Assembly (NCBI GenBank): GCA_963847445.1
Contig: CAWJZV010000022.1
Span: forward strand, 1 to 64,000
Source of the DNA: an uncultured delta proteobacterium
GTDB lineage: Bacteria > Desulfobacterota > Binatia > UBA9968
Reading direction: 5' to 3'
DNA: 64,000 bases
Made by a program: the position numbers and the translations under genes. Numbering within the stretch: position 1 is the stretch's first letter; each line of letters starts with the position of its first letter. The notes beneath the pieces were generated by a model. That model saw only the letters and a program-made list of their open reading frames with translations, was not told where the DNA came from and did no database searches. Shown here one piece after another: positions 52,060 through 62,021 of the stretch.

Positions 52060-52644
52060 CTATTTGATCTCGTAAGGAATGTTGGTCGGTCCTTCGATTT
52101 GCCGGTACAGGTTGCCTTCCATGCTGTAGCTGCCCTGCAAGCACTTTGCCGGCCACCCGCTCGGAGCGCAGGATCACGGCCACCGAGCGCGTCGGGCCGC
52201 CTTGCTCGGCATGGATGTCGAAGGGCGGCACGAGGTCGACTTTGCCAGCGTTGCCTTCGGTGACGCTTTCCAGTTCCAGCTTGGCGTAGCCTGCTTTCGA
52301 GCGGTCGTCGACCCGGCGAAAGCGCTCCAGGCTCTCCGTGCCGTCGAGGACGCCGTAGGCGGTCCAGGCGTGGGCATGATCGTGGATGCTGCCTTTGCGC
52401 CCTGGATTACGCGACGACACCGTTGATGGCGAAGCCGCATTCCTCGTCTTCGTGAAACAGCAGATTCTTCCTGCCTTCGGTGGACGGCCATGACTTCGAT
52501 GCTTGGCGCAAGCGAATCGTCTTTGACCAATCCTTCGAGCAGCTTCTGGCCTCTCTTCATGCGCGCTTCGGTGTCGGGCAGTTCTTTCCAGGCCGCGCGC
52601 AAATCTTCGATGAACTTTTCAAAAGCCGGTATGTGTTTACTCAT
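52060..52644 (-). CDS. cysteine-dioxygenase-like cupin (3-His), tandem paralog (frameshifted)
   Basis: GSIHDHAHAW...VPPFDIHAEQGGP; highly similar to 51351-51945. Confidence 0.75.
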
Positions 52645-52912
52645 GGTCTCCCCCTCATCGGAAATATCTCTCGCCAAGGCGCAAAGGCGCCAAGTTCGAA
52701 ATCGTTGTCATTTCGACCCCTCGAACAGGGTAGACGGAGAATCTCTCTTAGATCCCTCGCCTTCGCTCGGGATGACGGGCCTTGGCCCGTCACCTTTGCG
52801 GTCGTAGCGTCTTTGCGGGACAAATACCGAGTCTTGATTGCAGCCACGCCGGCTGTTTCTTGTGTGGTGTATCTTCCTTCATGCCAGAAACCAATAAGTC
52901 GTAAACTTGGCG

Positions 52913-53885
52913 CTATTTAATCATCTCTCGCCGGACTTCTTCAAGCGGTCGGAAGTCGACGATCTTGTTAATCGGAATATCGCCGATGGTTTTGTCGGCG
53001 CGTTGAAACTGGCTCGATATGGACTTTCAATCCGGCGTTGCTGGCAGCGCCGTCTTTACTGAACGACTTCGCCAGCGATGCGTAGGACTCCCTGGCGGTG
53101 GCGCTATCGACACGCCATTCCCGTTCGAGGATCTGGATCGTGTCGTCGCCACGTTCGCGGGCGAAGGTGAGACCGCGGTAGAGCGCGCGCAGCAAGCGCT
53201 TGGTCAGATCGCGCTTGTCGTTCAACTGGCGCTCGGTGGTGGAGAAGCCGTTGCTCGGAAATTCGATGGCATCGCCGAGGAAAAGCAGCTCGCGAAAACC
53301 TTTCTGTTTCAGCAGCACGTTGTCCGGCGGCACGACGACGGTGGCGTCGACCGAGCCGGCGCTGAGCGCGGCAACCCGCGTGCCGGGAAGTCCGATCATG
53401 ATCAGAACGGCGTCGCGCTGGGCGTCCATGGCTTCGCGATTAAACGCGATCTTGGTGGCCAATTCGATGGTGTCGCCGAAGCGGACGATGCCGATGTATT
53501 TGCCGCGCAGTTCTTGAATCGATTTGAACTGCGGCTTGGCCATCAAGAAATAATTGGGCCGCGATGCGCCAAAAAAGATCGTCTTGATCGGCGCGCCTCT
53601 GGCGGCCAGGCGCAGCGCCGAGTCGGCGACGCCGTGATAGTCGACTTCGCCGGAAAGCAGCGCATTATGCGCCAGTTGCGGCAGCATCATCGGCGTCTCG
53701 ATCTCGATGTTCTCGTCTTTGAAGAAACCGCGATGGCTGGCGACGAAGAGCGGCAGATAGCCCATCGACTTCGCCGGCAGCGCGAGTTTGACGCGGTCAG
53801 CGGCGATGAGTGAAGAACTCCAGCTGGCGGCGAATAGGATGAGAGCCAAGCTGATAGTTGGCGCTAGCAATTTTAATTTACTCAC
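52913..53885 (-). CDS. ABC substrate-binding protein, SsuA/THI5-like (frameshift near the 3' end)
   Basis: GFFKDENIE; ELRGKYIG; tail IVDFRPLEEVRREMIK* in the shifted frame. Confidence 0.86.
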
Positions 53886-54171
53886 TGTCGATAGTCCTCG
53901 AACCCGTCATCCATCGGATTAAACTGAGGCGTTGCAAAAACATCGGCTCGAAGTCGACTCCCATTCCGTCATTCCGGCGTTATCGTCACGCCGGTGAAAA
54001 CCGGGGTCCATCCCCATCCCCTTAACCTGGATACCGTTTTCCAACGGTATGACGGACGCTGTCCGTCACCTGGATACCCCGGAGTTTTCCTGAGCCAAGT
54101 CGCAGCGCGGGCATGACGGACTTTCACCTCGGCCTGAATCGCAAGGGATTTTAATCATTCCGACAGAAGCG

Positions 54172-54607
54172 TTACGATTCTTGCCGCGCCCGCGCTTTCT
54201 TCTCTTCCGGCGCTTTGATCTTGTCAAGTTGTCTTGCGCAAAGTCACCATGGCCGACTTCTCTGTCGGTCATGCTGAAGCGCGGATTGCCGGCCGGCTCG
54301 GCGCGGGCGCCGAGGAGGATCATGTATTCGTCGCCGGTGTTGTCGAGCTGATAGAGCTGGCCGGCGGGAATCGTCACCAGCATCCCCGGATTGAGCGCAC
54401 GCGACGGCCGTCGGGAAAATGAAATGTGCACTGGCCTTGGACGCAGTAAAACTGCTGGTCGGCGGTGTGCTTGTGCATCGGCCCCTTGGTGCCCGGATAG
54501 TCGCCATGCACCCAGGTGTGAAATTGGTCCGAGGTGAACAGCACCTTTTTGCTGTGACCGATCTCCAGTTCGGGTTCCTTCATTATATCGATGAATTCAG
54601 CAGCCAT
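54172..54607 (-). CDS. cupin domain protein (frameshifted)
   Basis: MHKHTADQQFYCVQG and LNPGMLVTIPAG. Confidence 0.8.
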
Positions 54608-54644
54608 ATTCCTTCTCCTTTGCTGGTTTTTTTGACGCTATCTC

Positions 54645-55226
54645 TTAACGCATTGATTCAGACTTTTTGCCTTGGCGAAACTTCTCCCACGCGGCGATGC
54701 CGGCTTTGACCGCGCGGACGTCGCCGTCGCCGCGGTGGCCGGCGCTGCCGACGGCGCCGACGATGACGTTGTCGACGATCAGCGGAAAGCCGCCGGGGAT
54801 TAAAATGATCTGTCCTTCCATCAGGCTGAGCGCGCTGTGGAAACGTTGCGGATTGGTTTTGATCTGATCGCCGGATTCAGCGGTGGACTGTTGCAGCGTG
54901 ACGGCGCCCAGCGCTTTGCCGATGGCGAACTTGACCCAAAAGCCCGAGGTGCCGTCCATGGAGTCGAGCGAAACCAGGTTGCCGTTGAAGTCGACCACGG
55001 CGATGGCGGCGCGGCCGTTTTCGGCTTTCACCACGGCTTTCGCCGCTTCGACGATGACGCGCGCTTCGTCCAACGGCAGCGCGGTGGGCACGCGGATCAG
55101 CGGGCGCGCCGCGCGATCGGTTGCCGGCGCCGGCTCGCTTTTTCTTGGGCGTGAACGACTAGACCATGACACTGGCGATTAACGCCGATCCACAAGGGCG
55201 GCGATTAAGATTGCTGAGCGTTTCAT
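54645..55226 (-). CDS. GlcG/HbpS-family heme-binding protein, secreted (frameshift at the 5' end)
   Basis: AIAVVDFNGNL; AIGKA; PGGFPL...VGAVGSAG. Confidence 0.85.
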
Positions 55227-55244
55227 GATTCTCGTCCTTCGTAA

Positions 55245-56795
55245 TCATTTCGCCGCTTGCGCGGCGGCGCGCGCAGCTGCAATCGATCGCACTGTCGCCG
55301 TGGATGCCGACGATGGTGCACGACGTCAAGATTCAACTTGTCGAGGGCCGGGACAAATTCTTTAACTGCCGCGCGCCGGTCGCACTTCGCCGTTGCGCGG
55401 GCTGATGTGATCGGCCTCGATAATAATTTTCTCAGCCGGTAAGTAAATGACGACCAGGTCTTCGGCGTGCGGCAAGGGCAGGGGATGGACCTCGACGCGG
55501 CGCTGGCCGTCGGTGAGGATGCGCGGGCCGCCGCCGAAGGCTTCGATGACGACGCCGGTGGGCTGCTTCGCCAAGCTGTCCGGTTTGCGCGTATGCGGCG
55601 CTATGGCGACGCGGCGATAAAACTCTTTGGCGGCGAAGGGAACGACGAGGGTCGCGCCGGTGGCCATGAAGGCGCGGATGCCGCCGGCATGGTCGAGGTG
55701 GTGATGGGTCGGGATCACGTAGCGAATCGGCTTGTTGGGAAATTTGTCTTTGATCGATTGCACCACGGGCGCGGTGCGTTGGTCGTAGAGCGGTCCCTCG
55801 ATGGCGATCAGATGATCGCCCATCTCGACCACGATGGTAGCGTGGCCGACGCCTTGGATTTTGTGAACGCCATCGGCCAGGCGATGCCATTCAACCGACG
55901 GTGGCCGGCCGAAATCCAAGTAGCTGACGTTGCCGGCGATGCGGCGCAGTATCCATTGGGAAGCGAGCGGTTTGGCGTCGGTCTTTTCATTACGGGCTTC
56001 TGGCGCGATGGCAAATGGGTCGGCAGCGAAGGTGACGATTATGCTGGATGGATTTGATCTGTTCCTCTTGCAGAGGCTTTGCCGTTGAGTTCGGTGCGCA
56101 GACTGAACGGCAGCATCACCGCGCCGCTCTTGCGCCAATCGCCGTAGCGCAAAACATAGCTGCTGTCGCCTTCGAGCGGATCGTCTTCGAGTATGTCGAC
56201 CTGGGTGGGCAAATGGGTCTTGGCGTCGATGTAAAGATGAAACTCGTCGTGATTGTCGATGAAACTCAAAACATAGTTGCGTTGGCCATTCACCTCCGCG
56301 TCGGCGCGTCGGCGCAGTGAGCTGTGGCTTGCCGCCGTAAGCAATATTTTTACCGGTGCGCGCTTTTCCTCGCGCAGGCGGGTGGCCAAGCCTGCCGGGG
56401 TGCAGGCGAGTGGTCTTGGCCGGGTCCGCCGCGCCTTCGCGCAGCGATCCGATGCCGCCGTCGATGACTTCGACGAAGCGGATACTCTGATTGCGCGCAG
56501 CGTTGCCGCCGTCCCATTCCAGGCGCAGACGCGGCTGGGTCAGGTCGCGGGTGAGAGTGTAGCGGAAGGTGCTGATCTGCCGGGTCGGGCCGAGCGGTTG
56601 CGGTGTCGACGACGAGTCGAATTGCTTGCCTTCGCTCTCGATGACTTCATTCTTCAGCGCGCGCAGAGCGTTTATGCCGCCCATCGCTTTGGCGGCCTGG
56701 TCGACGATCGCTTTGGCCGATTGGGCTTGAACGGCGGTTGCTGGAATGGTGAGAGCGACCAATGTCCAGCCGACGCTTAACATTTTGCCGATCAT
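55245..56795 (-). CDS. secreted MBL-fold metallo-hydrolase (frameshifted)
   Basis: Signal peptide; THHHLDHAGG; PHAEDLVVIYLP. Confidence 0.87.
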
Positions 56796-56803
56796 GGTCT
56801 CTC

Positions 56804-57687
56804 CTAACGCAGCTGGTCGAATTTCCGCTGCGATACCTCTTCGCTGCCAAGATCGTTGCGAAAATCGTAAAGCGACGCTTCCCAAGAACCGTACATCGGA
56901 TTGGGCAGCATGAACCACTTGGTGCCCCATGTGTTGTGTTTAACCGCTGCGGCAGTACGTTGCGCCGGCGGGGTGCGGTACTCGGAGATGAAATCGGCCA
57001 GGTCGTCACCAAATAGCATGAGCACCCGGTAGGACTGGGCGATGTAGCGGCGCCGGCTCTCCTTGTCGCTGCCCCAGTCCGCCCGCTCGTCCGCGGCAAA
57101 GCACGGTGTCTAAATCGCTCGGTAGTTTGACTCCGATGGTGGCGAGATTGACGCCGGGTGGCCGCCTCGGTGGGATGATCGCGATTGGTGACGAAAAATA
57201 TCGTCACGCCGCGCGCTTGCGCAGCGGCAATGAATTCAAGCGCACCGGGAACCGCCGCGGGTTGGTTGCGCGTTTGCCATTCGCGCCAGGGGCGGCTCGA
57301 AAAGCGCGCGTTGCTGCGCGCCAACTGACTTTGGAAGGCGCCGGTGTCGATCACGGTTTCGTCGATATCCATGATTACCGCCGGGGGCAGCTTTTGATAA
57401 TTATCCTTCTGCGCCGACAGGGCGGTCCAGTTGGGATCGGCGAGGGCGCGCTCCAAGTGCGTCTGGGCGGTGGCGTAAATCATTTGAGCAAGCACGCGAT
57501 ATTCGGCTGAAGTGGTTTGCCATAGGATCGCGTCGAGCCGGTTGTCGGCTCGGCTTGGCGTTTCATTCTGCCGCGAGTTAGACGATGTCGCCGTACAGCC
57601 CGCGACAGTACTCAGGATCACCAACAGATATAGCAGAGGCCTGGCGGCGGAGTGATGACCTGTTCGTGAGGCCGATGGCATCATCAT
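56804..57687 (-). CDS. 5'-nucleotidase / class C acid phosphatase, lipoprotein e(P4) family (frameshifted)
   Basis: Lipobox VAGC; MDIDETV; VTNR; FGDDLADF; LPNPMYGSWE. Confidence 0.9.
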
Positions 57688-57698
57688 GGGCGAGCTTT

Positions 57699-58769
57699 CT
57701 AATAAGACGCCGAGCGCCGTTCGATTACGGGAATGATTTCCTGGCAGATCAAATCGATGGCTTCGTCCCAGTTCGGTCCCAACGGCGAAGCCATGTCAAC
57801 GATATCGAAGCCGTGCGGTTTGGCGGCGCGCAGCATTTCATCGATGCCATCGATGCATTCGGCCGGGGTGCCGGCGATCACCGTGCCGACCTGTGTCAGG
57901 AGATCGTCGCTGATCAACTCCATCATCTCGTCCACCGCCTTGCCCGAACGATGAGCGGCGGCGACCGCGTCGGCGGTTGCTGCAGGGACGGGTAGCTTCA
58001 GCATGCGCTGCTTGAGCATATGGCCTTGGATGAGCGCGCCGGCAGCCATGCGTTTGGCGTGACGTTTTGCCGCTGGGCCATCGCGGGACACAGAGATATG
58101 CAGGTGCAAAACCTTGGTGAACTTTCGCCCGTCGTTACGGGCGCGCCGGGCTTTTTCCAACTCCGCCATCGCCAGGTCGATGGCGCCCTGACGAACCAGC
58201 GCGGTTGGGAAAGAAAGATTGCTGACGATCAATCCGTCGCCGATGTCCCAGGCCATCTTGAGCATCTGCGGTCCGGCAGCGGCGACGAAAATCTCCGGCA
58301 CCCGAACCGGCGGTAGCCGGAGAAACCCTTCGGCATTGGAATCGAGGCGGAAGAACTCGGCGAGACGGGCAAAAGCGCCGAGCTTGACTGTCTTGCCGGC
58401 AAACATTTCGCGCAAGAACAAGATCGTTTCCCGCGCCATGGCGACGCGCTTGGTCTTGCGGATCATGTTCGACGACGGCGAACCGGCGCCGATGCCGACG
58501 GTGATGCCGCGATCGCCGGCGAGGTGCGCCAGCGCGGCGAAGCTCGAAGCGAGATCCACCGGCGTGCGCGCCCAAGGATGGGTTACCGAAGTGCCGACGT
58601 GAGCATTGGTTTGACCGATGATCGCCGCCAGGATGACGAAGACGTTTTCGTAAGTCAGGTGATCGGGCACCCAAATTTTATCGAAATCGTACAGGTCCAT
58701 GGCTTTCTTGGCGTAGGCCGCCATTTCCGGGGCAATGCAAGGAGGATAGAGTTGGATACCGAAGCGCAT
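57699..58769 (-). CDS. LLM-class flavin-dependent oxidoreductase (Mer-like)
   Basis: MRFGIQL; IWVPDH; GTSVTHPWAR; AAAGPQML; IAGTPAEC. Confidence 0.9.
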   Translation of the reverse strand: MRFGIQLYPPCIAPEMAAYAKKAMDLYDFDKIWVPDHLTYENVFVILAAIIGQTNAHVGTSVTHPWARTPVDLASSFAALAHLAGDRGITVGIGAGSPSSNMIRKTKRVAMARETILFLREMFAGKTVKLGAFARLAEFFRLDSNAEGFLRLPPVRVPEIFVAAAGPQMLKMAWDIGDGLIVSNLSFPTALVRQGAIDLAMAELEKARRARNDGRKFTKVLHLHISVSRDGPAAKRHAKRMAAGALIQGHMLKQRMLKLPVPAATADAVAAAHRSGKAVDEMMELISDDLLTQVGTVIAGTPAECIDGIDEMLRAAKPHGFDIVDMASPLGPNWDEAIDLICQEIIPVIERRSASY

Positions 58770-59304
58770 GGTGGTTTGGCCCGAGGCCGTAGGTAACTCT
58801 GTAGCATAAAATTAGGGCTGGGTACTAACTCTTAGCATTCCCAACGACTGCGTCCGATTGCCTGTGCGACAAAAACTTTCCGACGGCGCAAATGATGACG
58901 TCGAAACTGGGAAATTGCCTTAGGCGCCATCCTGGGTGAAGCGATCATGAATCGTTCCCCGGCACTATTCTGACAGGGCGAAGCCATGCGGCGACTTGAT
59001 GAAGCGTCGGACCGTGGACCTGCCTGCCCGATTTAACGATCCGGTGGTGCCGTTGCCTATGCGGAAAATTTCGTCAAAAAAATTCGCATAAATTTTACTC
59101 TGGCTGTCAGCGCAACGCCGCCGTGCTCACAGTGAAGGCCGTGGATTTATGCCCCAACAGGCCAGCTCTCAAATGAGATCGTTGCAGAGGGGACACGTTT
59201 GCCCGTGAAACGCGTGTGGAAATTCTGCTCCATTTGATTCCCGCAATAGACAACTCGGACCCGATTGCGACCTGAAATCCCATCGTTCTTGCCCGGAATG
59301 CCGC

Positions 59305-59320
59305 TGGCATCATTGCTGCT
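59305..59320 (+). promoter_or_regulatory. sigma54 (-24/-12) promoter
   Basis: TGGCATCATTGCTGCT = GG-N10-GC; predicted start near 59331, at the riboswitch 5' end. Confidence 0.65.
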
Positions 59321-59332
59321 CTAACACCAATC

Positions 59333-59409
59333 GAAGTTGACGCTGTGATCTGAAGTCCCCGACGTGGTCACCATGGGGCTCAGGGAGCGAGTGGTGAAAC
59401 CGGCAACTC
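59333..59409 (+). ncRNA. c-di-GMP-II-type riboswitch aptamer, copy 1
   Basis: P1 AGTTG/CAACT; CGC-TGTGA...GGA-GCG kink-turn; CTGA..CCCC/GGGG..TCAG stem; loop GGTCACC pseudoknots with GGTG-AA-ACC. Confidence 0.85.
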
Positions 59410-59428
59410 AAGGTTGCCGGTTTTTTTT
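59397..59428 (+). terminator. riboswitch expression-platform terminator 1
   Basis: AAACCGGCAACT-CAA-GGTTGCCGG-T8, overlapping the aptamer 3' strand. Confidence 0.88.
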
Positions 59429-59466
59429 GTTCGGTTTCGGAAATTGTCGAAGGGAGAGTCGAAACG

Positions 59467-59922
59467 ATGTTGCACCACTTGAAGGAAAACAAAGGCCAGA
59501 GCGCAGTGGAGTTCACCTTAGGATTTTTACTTCTCTATACCGTTATCATGGCTGTCGTCGAGTTCTCGCACATGTTTTATACCAAGACCACTCTACAGCA
59601 CGCGATCGCCGAGGCCGGCCGCTACATGATCACCGGCCAAGGGATCGACCATACGGGAACCAACCCCAACGCTCGTCTGCAAAAGGTCCAAGACAAATTC
59701 TGCAATAATCTGATCGCTACGGGTCTTTCCTGCGCAAATGTTTCCTCCCATCTTACGCTGACCTGTGTCGGTGGTTGCGCGCAGCCGGCCGGCGGTCCAG
59801 GTCAGACCGTAACTCTCACCGCGACGTATTCGAGAGGGTGGTTTACCGGGATGTTCAATCATCTACTGCCCACCATAACTCTTGTCGCCAACACGACCTG
59901 GAAAAACGAAGTCTACATGTAA
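59467..59922 (+). CDS. TadE/TadG-family minor pilin (pseudopilin)
   Basis: Prepilin site KG/QSAVEF with Glu5; hydrophobic helix; LQHAIAEAGR. Confidence 0.9.
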   Translation: MLHHLKENKGQSAVEFTLGFLLLYTVIMAVVEFSHMFYTKTTLQHAIAEAGRYMITGQGIDHTGTNPNARLQKVQDKFCNNLIATGLSCANVSSHLTLTCVGGCAQPAGGPGQTVTLTATYSRGWFTGMFNHLLPTITLVANTTWKNEVYM

Positions 59923-59940
59923 CCGACCCAGGAGATCATT

Positions 59941-60603
59941 ATGAGATTCTTACGCAAATACTTGAGTTCAAGAAAAGGTCAAAGCCTGGTCGAGATGACA
60001 TTTGGCATCCCGATGTTGATAGGTCTGGGTTTCGGGGTCATCGAGATCGGCAACATGATTAACTCTTATCTGGTGTTAACCCATTTGACCCGTGAAGCCA
60101 CTAACATTGTCTCTCGTCAGCCCGGAGCGAAGGGCTCGACGCAATGGGCGACGAGCGTCAACGCGGATTTGAATGCGGTTATCAGCAAGGCAAGCCCAGT
60201 CATTAACCCAACCGCCAGCGGAGCAAGAGGGCCGAATCAGTATAAGATTTACTATTCCCAGGTCGAGTGGAATCCCACCCCAGGTGTTTGCGGCGGTGAT
60301 CCCATAGCCAATGGCCAGCCGGATAACTACCGGATTCGCCGCAGCAACACGGGTTGGGCCGGCAATGTCACCTGGGAATATGGTTCCCTGAGCCATAATA
60401 GCAATTTGGGTAATGATGGAGATTGCGCCTACCTGCTTTTGCCTGAGGTCAAAAATCTATCCACACAGGGACTCGTGCTTCATGTCGTTGAAGTTTTCTT
60501 TGATTACGCCCCGAGTAAGTTAACGCCGGTGGAAGCTTTCATCGGTGCTCTCGCACCCGGAATTTTTTATCGCAGAACGGTTTTCATGGATGTTGTCGGC
60601 TAA
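59941..60603 (+). CDS. TadE/TadF-family minor pilin
   Basis: RKG/QSLVEM...P; LTHLTREA; VVEVFFDY. Confidence 0.9.
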   Translation: MRFLRKYLSSRKGQSLVEMTFGIPMLIGLGFGVIEIGNMINSYLVLTHLTREATNIVSRQPGAKGSTQWATSVNADLNAVISKASPVINPTASGARGPNQYKIYYSQVEWNPTPGVCGGDPIANGQPDNYRIRRSNTGWAGNVTWEYGSLSHNSNLGNDGDCAYLLLPEVKNLSTQGLVLHVVEVFFDYAPSKLTPVEAFIGALAPGIFYRRTVFMDVVG

Positions 60604-60647
60604 CCTGGCAGGTCGTGATGTCACGGAGATATGACGAGGAACAAATT

Positions 60648-61868
60648 ATGAAACAGAAAAATGAAAAGGGCCAAGCGCTGGTATTTATCTTGTTATTGTT
60701 CGCCATACTGCTGTTTATGGTTGGTTTGGCCAGCGACGGCGGGCGGGCGTACTTGGTTAGAGCCTCGATGGCACGAGTCGTCGATGCCGCGGCGATCGCA
60801 GCGGCTGCAAAGATCAATAGCGGCGGACTAACCGCGGCTCAAACCGCTGCCTGCGACTCGGCGCGGATGAACGGTGTCACTAACTGCGCGATTCTTGATG
60901 TCACCCAGGTGACTACCAACGACGCCGCGGGCAATCCCAAAAGCGGCGTCAAAGTCACGGCCAACGTTGCGACGCCGACTATTTTCGTCGCCGCTGGGAA
61001 ACTGCTCGGTTGCACCACTTGCAGTGTAATCAATGTCTCGGTTAGCGCAGTGGCGGCGGGGGGCGGGACTATCGATCTGGCCATGAACCTGGACAATACT
61101 GGTTCCATGTCGGGCTCCAAAATAGCCAATGCTAAGATTGGGGCGAACGCTTTAGTCACGGCATTGATGCCCAGCGGAACTTCATCCACCGCGCTGGTCA
61201 GCATGGTGCCTTTTCAGGGATGCTACAGAAGCAATACCACCGGCGGCTGCGTGGACATGGACGAGTATCCAACTAGCGGCGGCATGACTGTCTCGCTGAC
61301 GAGTGATGCCAGCCGGTTACATAGCGGCATCAACGCTCTTAGCGCGCCAGGCGGTTCCGGAACCAACGTTTGCACTGGGTTAAAAAAAGCGCGGGAGAGA
61401 TTGTTCCAGTCTGGGGTCGCGCGGCCTAATAGCCTTAGATATCTAATAATACTCACGGATGCCGAGAATAATTTTATGACAGGTCTCCCAACTGGCAGCG
61501 TAGATTCGGCATGTGTACCCTCTCCTGCAACGCAAACCAATGCAGCTAACCTAAACCTTGGGGTCAAAACCAACGCGCTAGCCACGCAAATTAAAGATCC
61601 TACCTCCACTGCCGACGGACAAACAGTTGGGCAAATAGTGAAAATTTTCGTAATTATGTACGGTCCCAACGCAACTGGAACCGTTCCGGCCAATTGTAAT
61701 GTTACTGGGTTAAGTAGTGGCACGGTGACAAGCCAAAGTTATACAAAGAACCTCGCGCGCTGCATCGCGTCCTCATCCGGCGATGTTTACTTGGCGCCCA
61801 ATGACACGGATATCAGCGCTGCCTTTCAGCAAATCATCAACCGATTACCGGTGGTCTTGGTTAACTAA
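60648..61868 (+). CDS. TadG-like pilin with a vWA domain (putative tip adhesin)
   Basis: EKG/QALV; DGGRAY...DAAAIAAA; MIDAS DNTGSM; GSGTN; ILTDAEN. Confidence 0.9.
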   Translation: MKQKNEKGQALVFILLLFAILLFMVGLASDGGRAYLVRASMARVVDAAAIAAAAKINSGGLTAAQTAACDSARMNGVTNCAILDVTQVTTNDAAGNPKSGVKVTANVATPTIFVAAGKLLGCTTCSVINVSVSAVAAGGGTIDLAMNLDNTGSMSGSKIANAKIGANALVTALMPSGTSSTALVSMVPFQGCYRSNTTGGCVDMDEYPTSGGMTVSLTSDASRLHSGINALSAPGGSGTNVCTGLKKARERLFQSGVARPNSLRYLIILTDAENNFMTGLPTGSVDSACVPSPATQTNAANLNLGVKTNALATQIKDPTSTADGQTVGQIVKIFVIMYGPNATGTVPANCNVTGLSSGTVTSQSYTKNLARCIASSSGDVYLAPNDTDISAAFQQIINRLPVVLVN

Positions 61869-61890
61869 GGATTACTGTAATATCCGATGT

Positions 61891-61965
61891 AGTTGACGCT
61901 GTGATCTGAAATCCCCGACGTGGTCACCAAGGGGTTCAGGGAGCGAGTGGTGAAACCGGCAACTC
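61891..61965 (+). ncRNA. c-di-GMP-II-type riboswitch aptamer, copy 2 (inside the operon)
   Basis: Matches copy 1 except 4 substitutions across aptamer plus terminator, including a compensatory G-C to A-U pair. Confidence 0.85.
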
Positions 61966-61985
61966 AAAGTTGCCGGTTTTTTTTT
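61953..61985 (+). terminator. riboswitch expression-platform terminator 2
   Basis: AAACCGGCAACT-CAA-AGTTGCCGG-T9. Confidence 0.88.
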
Positions 61986-62021
61986 GACAGACCGGCATGA
62001 CAACCGAAAGGAGATTTTGTC

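Noticed and set aside
313-57687. Programmed frameshifting or mass pseudogenisation (about 20 split genes)
   Set aside because: The breaks are scattered 1-nt indels in otherwise intact genes, with no shared slippery motif and no build-up of stop codons. This is typical of long-read consensus error, though reads are needed to confirm.
59333-59409. c-di-GMP-I (GEMM) or cGAMP riboswitch
   Set aside because: Lacks the GGCAAAC...GAAA...GACGCAAA GEMM pattern; has the kink-turn and pseudoknot of class II.
59333-61985. The duplicated 94-nt sequence as att sites or IS ends flanking the pilin cassette
   Set aside because: No integrase or transposase nearby. Riboswitch fold, terminator and position 5' of genes explain it better, although recombination between the copies could still delete the three genes between them.
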